Positions 1-13,319 of a DNA stretch of 64,000 nucleotides are shown here, piece by piece; position 1 is the stretch's first letter; each line of letters begins with the position of its first letter. The stretch lies in contig BCIN01000001.1 in assembly GCA_039545335.1 (NCBI GenBank), forward strand, positions 4,129,347 to 4,193,346. The letters run 5' to 3'. The stretch is from Kondoa subrosea. Lineage: Eukaryota. The notes below the pieces were generated by a model, which ran no database searches, was not told the origin of the DNA, and worked only from the letters and a program-made list of their open reading frames with translations. Position numbers and translations under genes: made by a program.

Positions 1-253
1 AGTTTGTCTGGATGCGGCAGAAGACTAGCATAACATTATCAGATCATCAGCGCGCGGCTTCCATGCCTATCCAAAGCAAAACACTGACTTCTTGAGCTGC
101 CTGCCTCTGAGGACCACCAGAGTATGCAGGGATATTGCGAGGAGTGTAGGCGTTTCTAGCTCCAGCTGTCGGACCATTGAGATTGAATGCACTCGAGCTA
201 TTTGCATTTGCAGGCAGCTGCCCGTTGGCTCTGGATCCTTGAGGTCCTGACAT
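1..253 (-). CDS. 5' part of an unidentified gene running off the window (N/A/G/P-rich N-terminus)
   Basis: ATG at 253, open frame MSGPQGSRANG...RQAAQE, then a GTCAGT donor and a TAG acceptor near 27. Divergent from TSC2. Confidence 0.5.
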
Positions 254-621
254 AGCTTGCTCCTAGCTTATCCTCAAGCAGACTGGGTATAATGCTGTGC
301 TGGATCTAGCCCTATGACTGTTGCAAATCAACCGATGTTGCTTTTCTACGTCGACAGCGCTTGGAAGAGAGATCTCGCTCTTGGAAGTCTGTGATATACT
401 CTGAGTACACGCTTATACCACATCCATCTTGGCTTGTATAACGTGGACCCGAATCTATCCTTTGTCAAATACTGGAGCGCTCTTTCTTTTGAGCTCTGTT
501 GGACCTGCCTCGCTCTGGCTGTGCTCGGTGTCTGATTGCTCTCTGTTGATCATTGGTGAGCTGTTCTATGTCTGAGCCATTGCTGTTGCAATCTCATTGC
601 CTTGTCGTCTTGTCATACAGT

Positions 622-3600
622 ATGGCAGCTGAAGATGAACTCTCACCCAGAGCAACTGCATCGCCTTTACCATCTATCTCTGGGAAAGATCAGAGAAGTC
701 TAACTGGCTTTCTTCAGCGTCTGACTACTTCCGGCCGAACTCGCTCATCATCAACATTGGGCCATGGGCATCCAGAGAACGCACAAGAACGGCTTCAATC
801 CATCTTGAACAGCGCTCCAGCTGGGAGAAGACATTCCGCTTCTTCGGATTTATCCAAGAACGTTCTCGCTGCTGCTTCAAGATCGGTTTCTGGTTTATCT
901 AGTCATTCGCTCGATGCTGCTTACGATACGAAACCTCAAGATGCAATCTCTTTAGACAATGTTTTTCAATCTCTTCAGACTAGTATCAACGAGAAGAGTT
1001 CAGCTTCAAGGAAGATCGAGTTGATCCATCTTTTGAATGAAGCCGTTCGAACACAAGATGAAGGCAATCCAGTCACCATCTGGGTTACTGTTTCTGATCT
1101 CATTAGCGCTTCTGAACCAATCGACGTACGTTTGGCTGCTTTGCAACTACTCGCAACCTGTATCAAAGTATCTCAAGATGCGCCTGCACCTAAATCTGGC
1201 GATCGAATAGTCTTTTATCAAGCCATTAGCAATTATGGAGTGGACTTGAAACAAATGACAGATGTAGAATTGGAAACACTCTGTAAAGCTTTGTTCGAAC
1301 TGTGCAAAGGAGGGAGAAACGTGCATGGATTGGACGATGTGCTGGAATTGCTGTGCAAATGGTCTGGCGAACTCTTCAAGCGGAGACAATTGAAGAGAGA
1401 TCGGATCAAAGAGCATTTCTACAATCAGCCTGCTGGTGTTGGCAAAAAGATGGCCCCTTTGCAAGATCCTTCTTTCAAAACTCCCTTTGTCGTTTCGCCT
1501 ACACCTCTCGAGGTAGAAGAACGAGGCGCTGGCACAAGTTCTCTTTCTCTTATTACCAATATACATAAATTCTCTTGGCCTTACCTCAATGCCGAATCTA
1601 TTTCTTTCGCTACTGCTTACCTCATCGCAGAAGGTTTGGCGACATCGAACGAGCAAGTTGTGTTACTTGTCTTGGAACACATTGACTCCCTAACGGCTTA
1701 CGGCTATGTTCAAACCTCCTATACTGAAAGTGTCGTCCATCTAGTAGCAAGAGTAGTTTCGATCGAAGGTCGAACTTCCGCTATTCAGCTTACCGATGCT
1801 CTCAACAACCCAACTGAACCTTATCTTCGTCCATCTTTACCTGATCTCCCACAAAAAGCAAGACAAGTAATGCATAACCTTCTTCGCTCACCTAACAATC
1901 AAGCACTTCGTTATCTTCGAGCAGCTACTGTTCCACCTTCTAAAAACGATTCAGCAGATATTCAAATCGTTTCTGGTTCCCTTCGTTGTTTAAGACAAGC
2001 TTTGATTGACTATCGACCTGGATCAAGTGGTTCAGATTGGGCTGCCTCTGAATCTTTTCATGCAATGTTATCAATGGGCATCTCTTTCCTTCATGCAAAT
2101 TTGGTAGAAGCTCTGGAATGGGATGCACCAGAAGTAGGTGAAGAAGTTTTAGGAATCCTTTTGGATCGAATAAAGTGGCATCAGGAATCGAAACCTTTGG
2201 CTATGAAGAGCGGCGCAAATACTCCTGCTAGCAAAGATGGTCATGTTGCAACACATGATACTCTGAATGGTGTAAACAAGAGATTAGAGGAGAATGAAAG
2301 TGAAGGCTGGATTGGGTATGACGAGTGGGATATGATCTTGGGTTTGGTCGAGAAATCGCTAAAGTTCTTGTGGACCACGGATGAAGATGCTGTGTCTTGG
2401 TCATTGAATGTCAGCGGAAACGGTAGGTCAATTCTTTTCATCGCTTGCCCCTTCGCTAACAATTTGTTGCAGAGGAGGACACGAACTCAAACTCTTTGCC
2501 ATCGGTATTACTAGCCCTTCAGCAAGTTTTGTCAGCTATAGTTACTGTATACAAAGCTGGCACCTTCTCTGGTCCGCTCGATCGATTCTTTCCTCTTCTC
2601 GCATTACTCGAAACCAATCTATCCGACCTGTCAGCTGTTGCACTCTTGGACTGCTATCACTCAGAAAGCGTCTGTATGCCTTCTAATCCCGATTGGCTCA
2701 CGGATCTGAACGATGTCGCTTCCGCTTTTCTTACTCCTGCACGATCACAGCGACCGAGACCAATAGCCAAGACTCGCGCCATTCAACTTCTAGCAGAAAC
2801 ATACCAGGCAGTGCAAGACTTTGCAGAATATCGAGATGCATTGCTGCAACAAGTCATTCTACCTCTTATCGACAAACTTTTAAATGCTGCCGAGTTCGAT
2901 ATGTCTTCCGCTCCCCAGCTAGTATTGCTCATCAACGATATTATCCGCGACGCTTTATGTACGAATGATGCTCAAGACTCTGGTAACAAGCAGAGCGCGT
3001 GGACTATACATTCGCTGCAGAAAGCTCTCATAGGTCTGGCTTTGACGAAGCCTGCCGCCAGGAAGAACTCGCTACCAAAATCTAATCTTCGTTCTTCCAG
3101 TATACCTACTTCCAAGACAATGCAGCCTCTGTCTGCCGTCTCAAGTACATCTACGCCGAGTAGTGCAACGAACGGTAGATTCAAACTTCCCGCCTACACC
3201 GTCTTGGAACCAGATGCAAGTACCTTTGCAATATCAGCTCTACTCGGCATATTTGGCATGGCTGTTGATGTTGGTTCTCGGTCTTCAGCACTTCACGCTG
3301 TTCAGCTGTTCCGCGATATTCTTGCACTCCTTTCACCTCCCGATGATGAATCAAGTCCATTGTCTCGATTAGCAAGATTTACTATCCTGCAGTGGTATGT
3401 TCGACTAAGAGCTACGCCAAATCATCGAATATACATCGAAAGGGATGTCGACATTTCCGATATTTCTTCTGGACTAAGCAGACCTGGCGCCGTTGCAGAA
3501 GCTACGGAAATCGAAGCGCATCGCCTCGCTGATTCAATTCACCAAGACGAGGCAAATGATAGGAAAAGAGGTCGCACACCAAGACAGTCAGCTGCTTCGC

Positions 3601-6252
3601 CTGACCGGTCTGGACGCTCTTCGCGCAGTGGCAGTCGAACCGGAAGAGCTGCAGAACGAGTCCACATGGCTGAAGAAATCGATACAAATAGCTTGCTTTG
3701 GTGCATTCCTGAATTGCCGGTCTTTAATATGGCAGAAAAAATTGGCGGCCGAGCTGATGGCTTGATCTCTTTTGATCACAATATTAGATGGGAAGAGTCA
3801 GACAACATCAGTGCCGATGAGTCATCAGCCTCAGCTTTCCCTTACTACGACTTAGCCCTAGCAGCTCGCGACGGCAATGCCCCGATCATCCTTCCGGTAT
3901 CAGAATACTTTCAAGTCCTGTTGCGTATCCTTCGAAATACGACAGACTGGGAGATTGCTTCTTATATTCTCTGTCATTTGCCTTTGCAACTCTCTTGCAA
4001 GCATTTCACAGCAGGTCCTCGAGCATCAAGGGAAATCCACGTGCTACGCAAGTTTCTCTGCGAAGGTCTGATACGAGGCAGAGTAGTCGAAAAGCTTCGA
4101 TTGCCGAATAACATCAAACTCGACACCGTTTCTGCCCTTTCTTACCAAACACTCGTCACTCTCATTGCTTACAAAAGTCTCTTTACGAAGTCGCAGCAAG
4201 ATGAAATGGTGGCCACCTTCTGTCATGGCCTGAATCAAAGAGATCTGGCTAAACCTTGCGTGCATGCTCTGACAATTGCCTGTCACGAGATGCCAGCTTC
4301 AACCATGAAGTACATGACGCAATCTCTGCGCAATCTACATAAAGTCATGTCAACTGCTTCCATGGCTGTTCATATCCTCGAGCTTATCGCTTCTGTCGGA
4401 CTAATTCCGGCTCTCTATTCAAACTTTACAGAAACGGATTACTCTGCCGTCTTTGGCATAGCTCTACAGTACATCAGTATTCACAATCAAAATCTTATAG
4501 CAAACAAGCTACCTTCGCCTGATGCAGATCCGGCTGACAAAAAGGAAGATTTGACTTTCGCCTTTTCTCAATATGTTTTTCACTTGGCATTTTATGTCAT
4601 CGATCTTTGGTATATGTCGCTCAAACAAGGTCAACGGCGCCAGTACGTTCCTTTTATCACTAACAAATTGGTGCAAGCCTGTGAAGCCCGCGGGTCACTC
4701 GATGAGCCCAGTGAAGTTTGCCTTGATATGATTGCGCGTTATGCCTACTCAAACATTGATCCTCGACCTCGCAAATCACCTCTTCGCGATCTATTGCAAA
4801 GAGGATCAGGCAAAAGCAGTAAATCTCTGGTTTCTCCTGATGCCCGCAAATCTTGGGTGACAGGCCACTCTATTGTTACGATTACTCTTCTATCTATTGG
4901 CGGCTGGGCTGACATCACGATTCGAAGACCATCAGGAGTTGTCCAAATGGTAATCGAAATCGAAAACTCGCTCAATCCAGGAGGTTTTGCGCACGAAGAC
5001 CTGTTGCACATGCTCATTCAGCGCCGCGATGCCAATCAAAACGATTGGAAGTACTTGGCAAACCAACCAGCACCTAGACATCCTGTCCCAGGCGATCCAG
5101 TTTCTGCAGGAAGCAAGCGATCGCGCGCAAATAGCTTCAGCAATTTTGGCTCTCAAGCAGTTGATGCTTCACTTCGAGCTTCTTCTCAGCTACAGAAACC
5201 CCTTACTTCTTCCATCAGGGCTGTTGCTGGTCAAGCTCCAGATGGACCGCCAAGTGACGCCGAAACCATGGCATTGAACCAAGCCGTCAAACCCAGCTTC
5301 TTCGCTTTGCAATTTTCTTCCCTGCCTGAATTTGGCGAACATGGACCTCCTATACCTATTCCAGACGAGTCAGCATATCAGCGAGCAATCTCTGGCATGG
5401 ATTCGATTCCAGTGCTCGACTTTCACAAGATTGGTGTACTTTACGTCGGTACCGAGGATCATACAGAGCAAGATATACTGGCGAATGCGCACGGCTCAAA
5501 GGAGTATGTCAAGTTCCTCTCAGGTCTCGGTCAACTAGTGGAACTAGCAGACAACAATGATTTCTATGTTGGCGGTCTCGATACAGACAATGATGTCGAC
5601 GGTCGCTGGGCTTACATTTGGTTCAACAACGTATCTCAAATTGTCTATCACGTGGCTACTCTCATGCCGACGGATCTTCAAGCGGATCCTCAATGTACAT
5701 TGAAGAAACGTCACATTGGCAATGACTTCACCAAGATCATCTACAACGATTCCGGTCGTCCTTTTGACCAAGATACATTGCCTGGTCAATTCAACTTTGT
5801 CAATATCGTTATTGAGCCGCAGACTCCAGCAGGCAAAGCCTGGACTGCGTCAGGCATGAAGGGGAACATGGGTTTCTTCAAGGTCTCGATGCAAAGAAGA
5901 AGAGACATGCCTGAAATCGGACCGCTTGGTGTATTCAAAATGGTTTCCGCTGCCTCTTTACCTCAAGTTGTTAGACATTTGGCTTTACACGCAAATGTCT
6001 TTGCTCTAGGTGAGACCGCTTCCAGTCCTCCTTGAGAAAATGCTAATTTTCCTTGAAGTCTTTCTCGAATCTGTCGGTGTGGAAGGCAGCTCAAGCAAAA
6101 GACAGAGATCTGAGTTCATTTCCAATTGGAGGCATCGATTAGCAGCAATAAAGAAACTCAAAGCTCGATTAGTAGCTGATGGCAAGGTACCTCCCAAAGT
6201 TGACGAAGAGGGCAAAGGCTTAAGCGGATTCAACTTTACTACTTGGACTTGA
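622..6252 (+). CDS. TSC2: Tuberin (TSC2) homologue with C-terminal Rap/Rheb-GAP domain
   Basis: ORFs 553-2514, 2496-6035 and 6010-6252 join via two short introns (~2423-2472, ~6010-6056). GAP motifs FHKIGVLYVG, FHVATLMP-like YHVATLMPT, KKRHIGND and GQFNFVNIVI, plus IRRPSG. A 5'UTR intron (556-620) precedes ATG 622. Confidence 0.93.
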
Positions 6253-6581
6253 ACGAGTGCAAATTTAAGTTTTCTCGTTACTCGGGAAGGTGAATCACTT
6301 GTGTTGTCCTTACTTCGGAGCTGATATAGAGTAGAAATCAGCAACCTTCGTATTTAGACAGCAGGATGTATCGATGGACTCCAAAATGTAGCATATATCG
6401 TAGTTGAGAATGTAGTTCAAAAGGTTTACCCATGCACTTTTAGACCTAGTTAGCAGTCTGTGTAAAATATATTTATATCAGCAGCAAGACCCAAAAAAGA
6501 AGATCAATTGTAAAATGCATTTCCCGGCTTCGTTCGCGTGTAAAGAAAGGATGGTTTCCTTTTCATTACAAATACTCCATC

Positions 6582-8442
6582 TCAGCTTGACATTGGCCTA
6601 TGATACTCGTAGTATTGCCTTTCGTGTCCTGCGCGATGTCCAAACTGTTCCGACGGAGGTGTTGAAGGATTGAGGAGATTATGGATCGAAGGTAGACGCA
6701 ACTGAGTTTTCGGCTCTACCGGAATTGGCGGTTGTGATACTTGCCGTTCGAGCTGGGACGAAGGATCTAGAGGAGCTTCTACAGGTGGGTTGAGGATTGA
6801 AGCAAGGGATAAGAGCGTCCGACCGTGTTCCATCGTAGTAGGTGATTGAGACCGACTTATCGAATACCCATCAGCTAAATCTTCGGTTATGGTTATCGCT
6901 CTTGTTGGTTCTGAAGTAGAAGAAGAGACTGAATATCGACTGTCTTCTCGCCTATGATGTCTGGGACGGTCTTCTTCTGTGATGACTGAATCGCTTGATC
7001 TTCTAGATCCCATACCAGCTACTTCTGTACCTGACAAGATGGAATAGTGAGGTCTTGCAGGGGTTATAGAATCTCGTTGAGGTACAGATTGCGGTTGTTG
7101 AGGGAGTTTTGGAGGTTCCAGAAGATGACCGTAATTTTTGCGGAAATCACTTTCGCCTGAAGCTCTTCTGACTGGACGAGGCGTGACCGTTGGTGCATAG
7201 CTCGGATAGCGTCGAGGTTGCTGTTGTTGTGGTGTGCGATGATCGTGCTCAACAGATCGAGAAGGCAATGGCGGCCAGTCTCTCGCGCTCTGTGAGCGGG
7301 ACAGACTGAATTGAGATCCTTGAAACGCTTGATCACGAGAGTCGTAGCGGCCAGTCTGAACTTTGTGAGGTGGGAGATCCCGCTGCGACTCTGGCGATCG
7401 AGGTCTTTTGGGTGTTGACATGGCTGGACCCGCGCTACTTGTGGGACGGGATTCTCCAGTACTATACGTTCATAGCGTCAATTGTAGGCTCAGTTGGGTT
7501 AATACGGTACTTACGTGGGTCGGATCCCTCTCATTCGAATGCCTTGATCGGCGAACGCCTGCGACAGTGGAGTAGAACTTTGTTGACCAGGGAACCGCTG
7601 TATCATATTATCAGTTACTGCGAGGGAAATCACGATCATGTGCAAACCTGAGAATCGTAAACCTGAAAGACATCTGTAAATGTCTTTGTGCAAAGCACTA
7701 CCGAACTCCTACAACATCAATGAGTATACACTCTTGACTCATATAAGATTCGCATACCCTCTGATCTCGTACATGCTCAGCTTGAACCGATACTTCCCCT
7801 CTAGCTTGACACCCAAATCTAGTAACGATGAAGTTCAGCCTCGACCGGGCTAACAGGCTGCAAGAATTACCTGGAAAGACGAAGAAAGCAGCGTACTGGT
7901 TGTTCTGCTGCGGATCTTTGAGATGATACAAGCTGGAAACAGAGCTGCCAATAATACATCTACGTCAGACATAAGTAACTTTGGCCTCTAAAATAGGCTG
8001 ATGACTGACTTGCTATTGTAGCTTTTGCCTTTTCCAGAAGGCATCTTGATCTCTTCTTCTGAATCAGGTTTGCATAATGCAGCAAAGCAGAAAAAATGAG
8101 GTGATTGGATGACTCCTTGATGTGCCGCTTCGCAAGATGTAGCTGAAGTCTTCAAGTCTACTATTCTGAGCCTACAGACTGGAGGTGGATCTATTCGAGC
8201 GTAATTGAAGACAGACCAAAAATCAGTCATTGTCTCGAAACACTCTGAGCACGACTGACCTATAGGTCTACGTTCTTCTATTGTAGAGACTCGAGCATGT
8301 TTGGGTTGCTGTCGCATCTCTAGCTGGTACTCGCTATAACCGAGGCACGAGCGGGATTAGCTTTCCCTTCGAAATCTCGCTTTCAATGCAAAGCTTACAA
8401 TCTACTATCATCCAGCAAACCAGGAAGTACAGATGTAGCCAT
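6582..8442 (-). CDS. Velvet-domain transcription factor (VeA/VosA-like) with disordered PEST-like C-terminus
   Basis: Spliced peptides YQLEMRQQPKHAR...RRPIDPPPVCRLRI, FFCFAALC, YHLKDP...AAFFVFPDLGVKLEGKYRFKL and FPGQQSSTPLSQAFADQGIRMR match the velvet consensus. The final exon is ORF 6582-7421. Confidence 0.88.
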
Positions 8443-9019
8443 ACTTGGTCGTCGTATAACCAGAGTGTCTAAAGTCAAAAGTCCAAGGATAGAGCCAATC
8501 TATCTGCGGCCAAAGGTAAGCTTTCTGCTTCGAGGGTCTTCTGATCTTTGTCTTGAGATGAAAAGTTGGCTGACACAAAGAGAATAGAGAGAGAGAGGGA
8601 GCGATGCGCAGGACAGGGACGGCGAATCTCAGGGCAGAATAAGCTTTTGAACCTTTCTATGACGCCGGCAACTCTTGAGTCTTGCGCTTTTGACTTGGTT
8701 GACAGATCTGGCTTGTTCAATGGTTCTTCCTTATAGATCTGATCTGTCAGCTAGAGTCGCACTATAGTCGGATCATAAGTAGCGCGGAAACAAGTTGAAC
8801 TGATCATCTAAGATGTGGATTTTTTCGGCGACCGTAAATGTCGGCATGGGTATAAGGTAAGCGGGAGTTCGATCAAACCTAAGTGATCGCGTTGATAACG
8901 TAACTTTCTTGGGGGCGATCCTCCTCCTCAGACACAAGTGGAACTCCATCCCATAGCACACGACAGCGTTGGAAAGACTCTTCAGACAAATGCGACCCCC
9001 GATTGTCCGGTTGCCCGCA

Positions 9020-10087
9020 TCACGACGCATCCTCTAATTTCAAGTAGTTTGAAGGCACTATTCCAACTGATCCATCTTGTTTCCTGCTCTGCCACTGTTT
9101 TTGTAAAAGTTGCTAGTTCAGCTTCACCAAGTTCCATGTAAACGCTGCATCAGAACTCACCCATTTCCCTGATTGATCCAATACATCCAAAATCTCCCCT
9201 TTGGCAAAGGATATCTCATTCGGATCGTCCACCGAAGCTTGATAGGCATACAAAGCTCTTGCCCTTGCAACTGGTTGTGATCCAGCATTTGGACTCCCAA
9301 CAGTTCCTCCCATCAAAGGTTCACCTTGACCACCTCCTTGTCTTACAGATCCGTTCATTTGCTGTTGCTGCAAACTTGTAGTTGATTGCAAACTTCCATG
9401 AGAGGCGCGATCCATTTTCCCATTCATTCCATTGTAGGAAGAAGAAGAAGTTTGAATCATTCCTCCTGCTCCAGATGACGATGCATAAGCACCATTGATA
9501 CCTTGAGCTGAAGAAGTTCTTCGAAGTTGACCTGGTGTACCTCTACCTGACCGAGCTCTTTGCATGAGTGAAGGACCATTGGAAAAGGAAGTGATAGTAT
9601 GGAAAAAGCCAGTAGACTCGTCGCAAGTGAAGAAGAAGACCCAGAATATCTGTGTGTAGCATTGAAAGAATCAGATCTTGGCCTTTACCCAATCCCGCGA
9701 ATGAAGTAGACATACGTTCACGAAGCAAAGCAAAAGATAACCAGCTCCTACGGCTTTACTCGCGTTCTCCTTTGTCGCGCTCAGATTCCCATATATCCCA
9801 GCATTTGTTCCCATCACACTGAACACCAATGCAATGGCAGACCAAATACCCAATTGAAACCGATGTACCCCTAATAGTCCACTAGCAACCGTATAAACCA
9901 CAGCAGCAATCAAGAACCATTCCAAGAAAATGGAAAACCAAAGGACTCCAACTGAACTTCCGGTTGTTCGATCATCTTGTGCTGCTTGTACTATGATTTG
10001 ACCAATGAAAGCGACTAAAGTAGCTATGCTGGCTATAGCTATCGAAGCCCCGACAACCAAGTTTGAGAAAAGAAGCCCGAAATCCAT
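9020..10087 (-). CDS. SHO1: Sho1 osmosensor: four TM helices plus C-terminal SH3
   Basis: Hydrophobic N-terminal exon (9671-10087). SH3 motif [52 protein letters not shown], stop at 9020. Confidence 0.92.
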
Positions 10088-10385
10088 TGGCTTTGGCCCG
10101 CTTTCCTCTCTTATACGCGTGTTCTACTTCAGGAAGAGTCAAGGCTCAGGTATAGTTATGAAAGCTAGGTATGGCTTGAGTGTGTGTTCGTTAAAATTCG
10201 TGAAAGTCGTTGATAAATGTGAACAAGCAAGTTATATGAAACGAAGGCTGCGCGAGTCTGAGCGAATGCACAGACAATGTCTCTCTCTTGCATCTCATAC
10301 TATACACGACATTATTCCTATTTGACAAGATTAGAAGAAGCTATGTACAATCACCAGAAGCCTTCATGTCCATACGCGAAGATGT

Positions 10386-11909
10386 TCAACTGTACTGCCT
10401 GTTACCGTACTTCTTGTTTGCAAACTTCGAAGCCGGAACTTCGACAAAGAAAGGAACAAGACCAGTCAAGGTGTTGTCGACAGTCAAAGTCTGTCCTTGA
10501 CTAGCTGTAGTAAGAGCGACCTACGCGAGAAAATGAGCAATCATCAAGCACAAAGAGAGTACAGCATACATATACTTGACCGGCAGCATCAGCGGGAACT
10601 TGAGCAGTCTTAGCCGATGCATCGTAAGAGACAATAGTAGTGTTGAAATCTTTGGTCAAACATCAGCCAGTACGAAGCAATGGGGAACATGACGTACTGT
10701 AGAGGAAAACAGCGTTAACCGTTCCGGAAGGAGCTTTGTAGCTTGAAGCAGGCTGGAGGTAAACGGTGTCGTACGCGTTCAAAGGCTTGCCAGGAGCTCC
10801 CTTATTGGTAATGTTCAAAGCTGGTGGCATAGCTTGCACAGCGTTCAACTTAGGATTGTTTGAGCAGTCGCCAATGAAAGGGGTGACGACACTGTACCCA
10901 AGATTTGGATCAGCCCGGTAGAGATTACTACATGATGACCATAGTTTACGAGTAGGCTTGAGTAGGTGACAGCGAAAGCTATAAGATAACTGTCGGCTAT
11001 CAGCTTCCTTCCTAGATGAAACGGCTTACTTGGAAAGTGGTTGGGAATTCGTCCCGGTGGATCACGCCGTTGAGCCATGAGTTATGTCTAGGCATGTGAT
11101 CAGTCATGTTTTTGTGTGAGAATGACGAGTCGATATACCTAGCTTCGATTTGACCGATAGATGCACCAGTAGTGAGAACAACTTTGTTAGAAACGTATGC
11201 TCCAGCGCCAGCATAGGCAGAAGGACCAAGACCTGAGATCGAGTTCAGCGGAGAAAGACGAGAACATGAAACAGCAATGTACCGTTAACGATACTAAGCG
11301 AAGTAGTCAGTATAGAACAAAATGATAGCAAGTAGACTAACTCAGTGACGTTCAAGAACGCTTGAACACTTGGAATAGGCGGCAGATTGTAGCTGTTGCA
11401 GGCCTAATCGATACTATCAGACCAGAGAAGTGAGCTTTCGATCAAAGATGTGACCTACTGAAACTGGAGTTCCGCCCATCATGCTGATAGTTCTGCGTAA
11501 TTCGCCAATGTGCCCTAGCTCCTGAGAGATGATCTCTTCAAAGCGGTAGTAGGTATCAGCGCTGTAACCTATGTCAGGAGACACATCAAATAGGGTCTAT
11601 TGAAGGAATCAAAGGGACTTGCCAGCAGATGCAAAGTCTTGAGCAGAGAAAGCATTGACACCAGCTTCGTAAACAGTGACTTCAAAGAGTTCGAGAGTCA
11701 AAGCATATTGCAAGATATCTATTCAAGAGCTTGAGTACTCGTACAGCAGATCGAGCACTTCAAGGTTGACCTAGATCGGTTATCCCAGATCCTGAAGCTG
11801 ATGTACCATTCGCATTTACAGGCGACATCTGTCTCGGCTGCAATCGAGCTGGTGCAGCTGAGGTAAAGGAAGCGAGAGCCAGAGAAGCCAGAACAGAGAA
11901 GGTCTTCAT
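10386..11909 (-). CDS. Secreted ferritin-like domain protein (Rds1-like), many short exons
   Basis: Signal peptide MKTFSVLASLALASFTSA, then TDLDILQYALTLELFE, FSAQDF, EIISQELGH, SAYAGAG and SIGQIEAR, typical of fungal Ferritin_2/Rds1 proteins. One GCAAGT (GC-AG) donor near 11622. Confidence 0.82.
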
Positions 11910-12954
11910 TTCTTTGGAGTGGCACAGGGAGGTGGAAGTATGAGAGAAAGAGAGGAGAATGGGGCAAACACAGCAATGCTGTTAAGTGATGATGAAAGCG
12001 TGATTACGTTTTATCGATTCTGATGAACACATCGACTTTCTCCACGCGATACATTGCCGAATGCTATCACTTGCTTGAATTCTAGCCGGATAGGTCCAAG
12101 GAACTTATAAGGCTCACAGCACTAGATCGATTTGCAGGGTTTGCCCAAAAGAGCAGGTCACTGAAAATAGAACGGCGAGGGAAACGCGTAATTAAACTAA
12201 ACTTTGGACACTGGAAAGGGAGATAAGCAGCAGCAGCAGCGGCAGCAGCAGTAATCAGAAGAAACGCATAGTAAGTTGAAACCTATTTGATCGATTTGAA
12301 GTTTCTCGGTTTTCTGGTGCTCGAGGTTGCTCGAGGCGGTCTTGCCTCTGTCGCGTTTGGCTATCAATCGACACAAAGATGCTGCACAAGGCTTCATCTG
12401 GCGCTTTGCTCGGCTTCACGGTTTTGGAGCAACTTGAAGTTCCCTTTTGCGTTCACACTCGAACGTAATTCGTGTAGAGTCAACAGTTTCTGGAAGCGAA
12501 TGCATCTGGTTAACATCCAGTAACCTTGAATAAGTGTCGGACGACATGTTGTGCAAAGGAAGCCTTGTTTCTTTCCGTCATTTTAAGCTTTACGCTTTCG
12601 CTGTATTACTTCCCATGCTTTCACCTTCATTTGCTCCTTCCTCTTGATTTATCCCTCTCAGCCGCTTCTGTAAGTAGTTTCTTGAGCTGCATGAAGCAAG
12701 CAGTTGCTTCGCGAGGGAGACGCTTGATGTAATTTTCTGGCGAATCACTATCTACGAGACAGTTGAGCAAGCTGCGTGTACTGTAACCCAAGCAAGCAGA
12801 CTTACCCATGTTGAGGATTCTTCTTGTTCCGTGTCTTCCGCGCTTCCACCATCTTTCCCCCTTCAAACCTTCCAAGCCAAACTCCAATCTAATCAGCTTT
12901 CCACACTCTTGCCCTATTCCACCTTTTCTACCCTTGAACCATCCCTTAAAACTA

Positions 12955-13215
12955 TAACTCGGATAAGCACTTGTCAAAACAAGGCTTCAATCTAGGGTGT
13001 TGCACAATGTGTGTCGACACACAAGATCATATCAAAGGCCAGCGGGGTTAATAGGCGCGCCCATTGCTTCGTCCAGCGAAGCCGACCATTTGACATGATC
13101 ATAGGCAAACATGCTATAGCTTGGACAAGCACTTTCTAAAACAAGGCTTCAATCCAGGGTCTTGTACCAAAGAGCGTCTCTCCAGATAATCGCACCATCG
13201 GTCGGAGAAGTTAAC
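12955..13215. repeat. Two degenerate tandem copies (about 158 bp apart) of the core motif of repeat X
   Basis: AAGCACTT...AAACAAGGCTTCAATCYAGGGT at ~12965 and ~13127. The same motif occurs at 13524, 14896 and (inverted) ~23680-23715. Confidence 0.75.
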
Positions 13216-13319
13216 AGGCGCACCAAGTAGCTTCTCTCACTCCAACCGCTTGATACGATCATACACGGAAAACCAAGAAGCGCTGTAACCGGTGAAATGT
13301 CCTTCTGTTTAGAAGAAGG

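Noticed and set aside
975..5789. Numerous short antisense and alternative-frame ORFs within TSC2 and other long genes
   Set aside because: They are shadow ORFs of real coding sequence with no independent motifs.
9020..9095. Apparent truncation or frameshift of the Sho1 SH3 domain in the ORF track
   Set aside because: An intron after GKW restores [20 protein letters not shown] in frame.
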